In this document: positions 58,462 to 64,000 of the stretch, piece after piece
How positions within the stretch are numbered: position 1 is the stretch's first letter
Layout of the letters: the number at the start of each line of letters is the position of its first letter
Assembly (NCBI GenBank): GCA_018817585.1
Contig: JAHITE010000123.1
Span: forward strand, 1,280 to 65,279
Source: Candidatus Omnitrophota bacterium
GTDB lineage: Bacteria > Omnitrophota > Gorgyraeia > B26-G9
Direction: 5' to 3'
DNA length: 64,000 bases
Translations under genes and position numbers: made by a program
Notes under the pieces: model-generated
Databases searched by the model: none
Told to the model about the DNA's origin: nothing
What the model saw: the letters and a program-made list of their open reading frames with translations, nothing else

Positions 58462-60023
58462 ATTTCTCCATTGATTAAAAGTTTATGCTTATATTTATTA
58501 TACATCAAATATAGTACTAAAATCGGCAGCATAATAATTAAAACTAAAATCACAGATAAGCCGCAGACAAGTTTATGCGCCCCATAATGCATCAAAGTAT
58601 ATATTCTTATCGGCAGAGTTGCCTCACCTGCCGGGATAACCAATAATGTCACACCCAGCTCAGCCATGCAAAGCGCGAAGCACAAAACCCAGCTGGAAAT
58701 TATCCCGGGCCATGCCATAGGTAATAAAATAGTTCTCAACCTTTTTGTCCAGGATGCGCATGCAAGCTCTGCTGATTCTTCAAGATTGCGATTGATCTGA
58801 TTAATATTTGAACTAATCGCTCTTATCGCGAAAGCCGCGAACCTGGCGGTATAGCCAAAAATTAAAACCAGAGATGTCTGATAGATAATTGATGTTAGGG
58901 GTCTATTCCAAAAGCGGATCATTGCCACCCCGAATATTGCCGAAGGAATAGCAAACGGGATAATTGAACACAGATCAATAAATAAAGACATCTTCCTTCC
59001 CGCGCGAGAAAGCGCGTACCCCAGAGGAAATCCAATCAGACAAATAAAAGTTGCCGATACACTTGAGAAAAACAAACTGTTTCTAATTTGCGGCCAGGCT
59101 GTTTTAAACGCGGTTGCATAGGTTGACAGGCTACCCGCGCCTTTAATCAGCATAAACATCGGAAATCCTACTGATAAAATAAATATCAGCGTACAAAATA
59201 ATACTGCTAAGATTTTCCACCTGTCTAAGTTAAAAACTATTTTATCAGCATTTTTTGCTCTTAAAGTTACATATGATTTATTGTTCATGAGATACCTCTG
59301 CCAAAGTACCAGTAAAAGACAAACCCCAACCATGGGTAAGGATAATAATACTGCCTTTGTTGTATCATAAAACGCGCTAAACTGAACAAATATCTCAACC
59401 GGATAAGTATTTAAACGAAGCAAGTCAGGCACCCCATAATTAGACACACTAAACACAAATACCAGAATTGCGCCGGATACAATATATGAGTTAATCAAAG
59501 GCAAAGTTATTTTAGTAATTATCTGTGCTTTCGAATGAGTTAAAGCAGCTGCTTCCTCTAACCTGCTATCAACTGAATTTAAACCGGTTATAGTCATTAT
59601 CATAATAAACGGAAAGTAAGCCAGTCCAAGAATAAAACTAACTCCCAGCCAACTATAAATCAATGAATTTCCTGCTAACCCACAACCCGTGATCAGCTTT
59701 ATCCAGCCAATTGATGTTATATGCGCAGGAATAAATAAAGGTAACAAGCCGGAAAACAAGAAGAACTTTTTAAAAGGAATATCACTGCGGCTGATAAAAA
59801 AACCATATCCCACACCTAAGACGAGAGCAAACACCACACTCCCCAATCCAACCAGCATACTGTTCTTAAAAAGCGCGATTTGCCTGGCATTTAATAAAAA
59901 AGCCTCCGCGATATTATCTACAGAAGCTAAACACTCAGCAAAAATAAGCAATAAAGGCCCAAGAACTATAATCAAAAATAGGACAAGACAAAAAACAATT
60001 ATTGGTTTAGGCAAAAAACTCAT
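58458..60023 (-). CDS. ABC transporter permease with two fused transmembrane domains (iron(III)/thiamine-type)
   Basis: 521 aa, about 12 TM helices in two repeated permease modules; overlaps the ATPase gene by 4 nt. Confidence 0.75.
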   Translation of the reverse strand: MSFLPKPIIVFCLVLFLIIVLGPLLLIFAECLASVDNIAEAFLLNARQIALFKNSMLVGLGSVVFALVLGVGYGFFISRSDIPFKKFFLFSGLLPLFIPAHITSIGWIKLITGCGLAGNSLIYSWLGVSFILGLAYFPFIMIMTITGLNSVDSRLEEAAALTHSKAQIITKITLPLINSYIVSGAILVFVFSVSNYGVPDLLRLNTYPVEIFVQFSAFYDTTKAVLLSLPMVGVCLLLVLWQRYLMNNKSYVTLRAKNADKIVFNLDRWKILAVLFCTLIFILSVGFPMFMLIKGAGSLSTYATAFKTAWPQIRNSLFFSSVSATFICLIGFPLGYALSRAGRKMSLFIDLCSIIPFAIPSAIFGVAMIRFWNRPLTSIIYQTSLVLIFGYTARFAAFAIRAISSNINQINRNLEESAELACASWTKRLRTILLPMAWPGIISSWVLCFALCMAELGVTLLVIPAGEATLPIRIYTLMHYGAHKLVCGLSVILVLIIMLPILVLYLMYNKYKHKLLINGEI

Positions 60024-61045
60024 TTCAGAAAAAGTCCTGTTAAAAATTCCCCGGAGTCTTTTAATTTATGAGCTACTGCTTCAAAATCAACAGCCATTAC
60101 AGCCAGCGCGTCATAATCCGGCACATGCTTTGGTTTTTTAACATCTTTGCGCAGTGGTATCTGCATACTCTGTGAAAAAGCCAGCTTTTGCTCAACTTCT
60201 CTACTTAAGATATAATCAATCAGCTGCCTTGCCTCATCAGGATGCGGAGCGTTCTTTATCAAACAAACTGTATTTGGAATAAGTAAAGTTCCTATACCCC
60301 CGGCATCAGGATATATCATCCCCACATTCTTTCCTTCACTGATTGCCACCCAGGCATCATCAGTATCGGTAAACCCAATAGCTAATTCCCCATCAACCAC
60401 CCGGTCACGGGAAACTGAGTTGCCGGGAACCATCACTACCCCATTAGCCTCTAAAGATTGAAAATACTGTTTGGCTTTCTCATCACCTAAAGCCACAAAC
60501 AATGCCGCGCAATGAGTCGCCGTTGTCCCAAACAATGGATTAGCCAGGGCAAATTTACCATTCCATTTCACATCACTTAAATCAAAAATAGATTTTGGCA
60601 GATCATCAGCCTTGACTAAATCCTTATTATAGATCAAAACCCGAGCACGCGCTGCAAACCCTGTCCAGAACCCGTCTTTATCTTTAAATTGCTCAGGAAT
60701 ATCCGCGGCTTGAATAGATAAATATGGAGCAAGTATTCCTTTATCCTTTAATAAAATACTCCTGGCTATCTCATTATTCCAAAACACGTCAGCATTAGAA
60801 TTGTCTTTTTCCGCGATTAAACGGTTCACCAATCCTGTTGTTTTAGCTGCTTCTGTATCATAAACAACTTTTACCTTTATCCCAGTTTTCTGTTCAAAAT
60901 CCTGGATAATCGGTTCAGAAAATATCTGATCCAATGCTGTATATAATACTACTTGTTTTTGTTGCTCTGCTCTTACCTGAACCCCAGATACTGCAACGAT
61001 CCCAATAACTAAAAATAAGCTAATTATATTCCGTAAATTTATCAC
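60020..61045 (-). CDS. periplasmic substrate-binding protein of the iron(III)/thiamine ABC importer family
   Basis: Signal peptide; family-typical N-terminal VVLYTALDQ...; about 340 aa; overlaps the permease gene. Confidence 0.7.
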   Translation of the reverse strand: MINLRNIISLFLVIGIVAVSGVQVRAEQQKQVVLYTALDQIFSEPIIQDFEQKTGIKVKVVYDTEAAKTTGLVNRLIAEKDNSNADVFWNNEIARSILLKDKGILAPYLSIQAADIPEQFKDKDGFWTGFAARARVLIYNKDLVKADDLPKSIFDLSDVKWNGKFALANPLFGTTATHCAALFVALGDEKAKQYFQSLEANGVVMVPGNSVSRDRVVDGELAIGFTDTDDAWVAISEGKNVGMIYPDAGGIGTLLIPNTVCLIKNAPHPDEARQLIDYILSREVEQKLAFSQSMQIPLRKDVKKPKHVPDYDALAVMAVDFEAVAHKLKDSGEFLTGLFLK

Positions 61046-61071
61046 TTATCTTCCCCCTTTAGAATTTTATC

Positions 61072-61542
61072 TTAAACTGGGTTTGCCTCTTTATTCCCCG
61101 GATAATAATTTTTTATCCACTTCTGAATTTTAGGATCATCAGGCTTATGGGAAAAATATTTCTTAGATACAAGTTTTTTAAATTCTTCGTAAGGATCTTT
61201 TTTATCTCCGGCTTTGCGTAAATGTTTTTCGTCATTCAAGTATAGATATAAAATAAGCTTTGGCTGGCTAGAAAAACAAAAAAATAATCTATACCGCTGC
61301 AGGCCCTGCTTATAACGACGATATTTTTTAAGCTCATCGCGCAGGCGATATTCTTCCCGGTTTGGATCCTGAGGAATAATTTCTTGATCAGCTTTACGGA
61401 TACGATAAGCAAGTTTTACAATCTCATGTTGCTGAAATTCTTCATTACCAAGTTTGCTGCGCAATTCTATTACTTGTTCTTTTAATTTTGCTATCCGTTG
61501 AAAGTAAAAATCATGGTATTTTAAAAGATAACTACTCTTCAT
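61072..61542 (-). CDS. yhaV: YhaV-family type II toxin (ribonuclease)
   Basis: C-terminal segment RYRLFFCFSSQPKLILYLYLNDEKHLRKAGDKKDPYEEFKKL aligns with E. coli YhaV GRYRLFFRYSEKEKVIILGWMNDENTLRTYGKKTDAYTVFSKML. Start set at an internal Met so the protein is about 156 aa. Confidence 0.75.
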   Translation of the reverse strand: MKSSYLLKYHDFYFQRIAKLKEQVIELRSKLGNEEFQQHEIVKLAYRIRKADQEIIPQDPNREEYRLRDELKKYRRYKQGLQRYRLFFCFSSQPKLILYLYLNDEKHLRKAGDKKDPYEEFKKLVSKKYFSHKPDDPKIQKWIKNYYPGNKEANPV

Positions 61543-61834
61543 CGGCAGCAGTAACTCCCTTAAGAAGTTCGTCCCATTCCTTATCCCAAACCTCTTTTGC
61601 CGCATGAAGTTTTTCTGGATGTTTCATAGCGTCAACTGTCAACGCGTTAATAAATTTAGAAAACAACGATTCTGATTCAATAGTATCCAATTCTGTTTTG
61701 TGACGAATGCTTAATTTCTTTGAAGTACCTTCTAAAATAACTTCAATAGTGTCTGCGTTTTTAACAAAATCCATTGGGATATCTACCGCGTAACTACCAC
61801 CATGTTTAAATAATTTTCTCACAAATACATTCAT
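61532..61834 (-). CDS. prlF: PrlF/SohA-like AbrB-fold antitoxin
   Basis: N-terminal swapped-hairpin motif KHGGSYAVDIPMDFV; segment FSKFINALTVDAMKHPEKL resembles PrlF FLRFLDADIQNNPQK; acidic C-terminus; overlaps the toxin start. Confidence 0.6.
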   Translation of the reverse strand: MNVFVRKLFKHGGSYAVDIPMDFVKNADTIEVILEGTSKKLSIRHKTELDTIESESLFSKFINALTVDAMKHPEKLHAAKEVWDKEWDELLKGVTAADEE

Positions 61835-61842
61835 AATATATT

Positions 61843-61883
61843 CCTCCTGCTATAAGTATACATAAAAATATACACTTTGTCAA
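61843..61883 (-). promoter_or_regulatory. consensus promoter, palindromic operator candidate and strong RBS for the prlF-yhaV operon
   Basis: On the minus strand: TTGACA, 17-nt spacer, TATACT, then AGGAGG 5 nt before the ATG. A GTATA...TATAC palindrome overlaps the spacer and -10. Confidence 0.55.
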
Positions 61884-62061
61884 CAGCACGCACACGCACA
61901 AATCCTTACCATAATGAAACTTTGAGTATCAGTAACACTCTCTCTATAAGCCTAAATGTGCCGTCCTGGTTATGATGCCGTTTCCAAACCCGCATTGGAT
62001 TGTGATTGTATCTTCCACTCATGCCAACTACTTTCTAATGTAGAGGTCTGGAGTTCCCCTC

Positions 62062-62382
62062 TTATTTTCCCCAGACAATAATAGTGGGTGGAGTTCCAGG
62101 TATTGAAAGTTCTAAAAATTCAAGTCCGTTCGATCCCTCTTCTGTTAAATCAATATGCACTAATATATTATTAGAAAAAAATATTTCTATACTATCCTCT
62201 TCTTCTTTGATTTTTTTTACAACTAAATTTTGAATGGAACAAATTTTTTTATCATCTGATAAGTAATATTCGTTATAAATATTTAATATTATACCTCTCT
62301 CAAAAAATATTTGAGTATAATCATGGATTTCTAAAATTTTATTCACCGTAAGTCCTTCTAATATTTTCAATTGAGATTCCAT
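62062..62382 (-). CDS. putative immunity protein for the adjacent Rhs-CT toxin (106 aa)
   Basis: Small acidic cytoplasmic ORF starting 10 nt after the toxin-domain ORF: the typical toxin/immunity arrangement. No recognisable domain. Confidence 0.35.
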   Translation of the reverse strand: MESQLKILEGLTVNKILEIHDYTQIFFERGIILNIYNEYYLSDDKKICSIQNLVVKKIKEEEDSIEIFFSNNILVHIDLTEEGSNGLEFLELSIPGTPPTIIVWGK

Positions 62383-62391
62383 AATTTACTC

Positions 62392-63120
62392 CTAATTAAT
62401 ATTGTAGTGTGTTTCTGCAAAAGAACCAGTTCTTCCCGTATAAGGATTTACGCCTTGATTGTAGCCATTTGAATATTTTATATAACCTTTTGGAGCACGT
62501 AATGTAGCGTCCATTATTCTCATTGTTGATACTTGTCCATTAGTACCTCCTTTACCTCCTGTAAAAGCAGCCCCAGTTATATTTCTCGATTCGTTTATAA
62601 CTGCGGTTGGCCCTATTGCTCCTTTTGGAACGGGATACACTGTCCCATCAGAGGAAACAACAAAATCAGGAGCAGGTGCTTTTGTTGCAGACTTAGAAGA
62701 GTTGGTTGAAGTGCTAGAACCTCCAGCAGCAGACAAACCTACAGATAAAATAGTAGCAACAAGCGAAACATCCGTTAGCATCCCTGGCGCAGTCTGCCAG
62801 GAAGGATTTGACATAAACGTACCAGTACCTTCACCTAAATGACCTATTGCTGCCGGAGTTTGAAATACTCCCATCCCAAATTCCATCACCGTAGTAATTA
62901 CTGTGGCCTCATATATCCCTGCAGCATCTGTGGCCATACCGGAAATAATAATATCCTTAGCCTCTTCCGTTTGCATAGATGCCCACAAGGCAAGCCTGTC
63001 ATACCACAACCCTTTTTCCCCGCACAACCCCATCGGATCGACATAATTCAAGGGGTTATTGGAGACGTAGGAATAAAGATTAATCCCTCCATAATATCCT
63101 ATAGGATCGGTTTGCAGCAA
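62392..63120 (-). CDS. orphan Rhs C-terminal cassette: end of the Rhs core (..DPIGYYGGINLYSYVSNNPLNYVDPMGL) plus a variable C-terminal toxin domain; lacks an ATG start
   Basis: The canonical Rhs core terminus PxxxxDPxGL (autoproteolysis site) is followed by about 210 aa of unrelated sequence. The frame opens right after a TGA, with only TTG/CTG at its head. No rhs body upstream. Confidence 0.65.
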   Translation of the reverse strand: MLQTDPIGYYGGINLYSYVSNNPLNYVDPMGLCGEKGLWYDRLALWASMQTEEAKDIIISGMATDAAGIYEATVITTVMEFGMGVFQTPAAIGHLGEGTGTFMSNPSWQTAPGMLTDVSLVATILSVGLSAAGGSSTSTNSSKSATKAPAPDFVVSSDGTVYPVPKGAIGPTAVINESRNITGAAFTGGKGGTNGQVSTMRIMDATLRAPKGYIKYSNGYNQGVNPYTGRTGSFAETHYNIN

Positions 63121-63205
63121 TACACGGTACGTTCATTTTGAAAAAATTTCGTAACTGCCGATACCTATACCAGTTAAAAATATTCAGCTAAAAATCAAAG
63201 AGCGG

Positions 63206-63550
63206 TTAAATACCTATTTTTTCTTCTACTTTTGTTATTCTTTTTTCGTGGTTATCTATATTAGTATCAAGTTTCTTCTCGACCCGGTCTATTTTTCTGC
63301 TATTTTCCATTACCGCCATTTTTACCGTACCTAACTCTGACTCCACATTGCCAAGCCTTGTTTTTATTTCGCCGATATTCTTATTCATTTCTCCATGCTG
63401 CTCAGCAATAAGACTAATGCTTTTATTGACCTGCTCCAGCAATACTCTGGTCTCCCGCTCCGAATCGTATGCCGGGGTTTTTCCCTTTTTCCCTGCCATC
63501 TTCTTGTTCCTCCTGTTACCTTTGTTAATACTAAAAGTATATCCCATCAC
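63206..63550 (-). CDS. small coiled-coil hypothetical protein
   Basis: Heptad-rich sequence (..IGEIKTRLGNVESELGTVKMAV..VEKKLDTNIDNHEKRITKVEEKI); sits between the integrase and the Rhs-CT cassette. Confidence 0.3.
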   Translation of the reverse strand: MMGYTFSINKGNRRNKKMAGKKGKTPAYDSERETRVLLEQVNKSISLIAEQHGEMNKNIGEIKTRLGNVESELGTVKMAVMENSRKIDRVEKKLDTNIDNHEKRITKVEEKIGI

Positions 63551-63572
63551 TCATACTAATTCAATGCTCTTT

Positions 63573-64000
63573 TTAAACCACTCTCATTCTTTCCCGGGGA
63601 TGGTACCGGCTAATCGCGGTTTTTAATTCCTGGGGCACGATGCGCGTATATATTTCCGTGCTTCTTGGACTGGTGTGTCCAAGTAGCTGCTGAATGATTC
63701 TTAGATTACTGCCGTTTTCTAAAAGATGCGTAGCACAGCTGTGCCTGATGCTGTGTACTCCAATGTTTTTATCCAGCCTTAGTTTTCTGATGTATTTTTT
63801 TACCAGGTAACGTAATGCCTTTTGCGTTATCCGGGTTCCGCTTAAACTAATAAAGACTGCTTTTTCTCTTACGTGTTTGCATAGTTTCATGCGGCTGGTT
63901 AAAAGATAGTTCTCTACGGCTTGTTTTGCTTTTTCTCCGATGGGCACGATCCTGTCTTTACGGTTTTTCGGGATTCTGATATGAATGCTTCTATCTTTTA
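63573..64000 (-). CDS. tyrosine recombinase/phage-type integrase, catalytic C-terminal domain (ORF continues past the window edge)
   Basis: Box II HSIRHSCATHLLENG...LLGHTSPRSTEIYTRI with catalytic His/Arg/Tyr. The reading frame is open upstream to position 64000, so it is truncated by the window and not necessarily by a stop. Confidence 0.75.
   Translation of the reverse strand, partial: KDRSIHIRIPKNRKDRIVPIGEKAKQAVENYLLTSRMKLCKHVREKAVFISLSGTRITQKALRYLVKKYIRKLRLDKNIGVHSIRHSCATHLLENGSNLRIIQQLLGHTSPRSTEIYTRIVPQELKTAISRYHPRERMRVV

Overview
The window is an AT-rich bacterial chromosome segment in which almost every gene is on the minus strand. Standard genetic code: every long ORF reads cleanly apart from one in-frame TAA described below. 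The organism is a diderm: it carries a KDO/LPS operon (kdsA-kdsD-kdsC-lptB), a secretin and an outer-membrane beta-barrel protein. The long-range gene order is Firmicute-like (pgpH-ybeY-dgkA-recO-glyQS-ppdK-sigA-apt; der-plsY-gpsA; lepA-lepB). Core content: a threonine operon (pilZ-hom-thrC-apgM-like), tRNA-Pro(GGG), tRNA-Arg(CCU), phospholipid genes (plsY, gpsA, pgsA), lepA/lepB, rpe, a phosphomannomutase/phosphoglucomutase-family gene, an M16 peptidase, ispH, a polyprenyl synthase, ybaB, aspS, an IMPDH-family gene and an Fbp/Thi-type ABC transporter. Accessory content: (1) a giant YD/Rhs-like repeat surface protein, about 2,250 aa if read through, cut by a single in-frame TAA and carrying a dockerin-like Ca-binding module; (2) an operon coupling a secretin, PilO/PilP-like proteins, an MBL hydrolase, a secreted C25 (gingipain-like) cysteine peptidase with an unusual Cys-containing C-terminal domain, and a PorV/FadL-like outer-membrane barrel, preceded by a near-consensus promoter with a perfect 2 x 15-bp direct repeat, next to a divergent pseudo-receiver GGDEF gene; (3) an approximately 400-bp MITE-like element with about 30-bp inverted repeats wedged between the ispH and HIT stop codons; (4) at the right edge, a mobile island holding a PrlF/YhaV toxin-antitoxin pair, an orphan Rhs C-terminal tip (DPxGL) with a variable toxin domain and a putative immunity gene, a small coiled-coil protein, and a tyrosine integrase that runs off the window. 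No CRISPR array or rRNA was seen.
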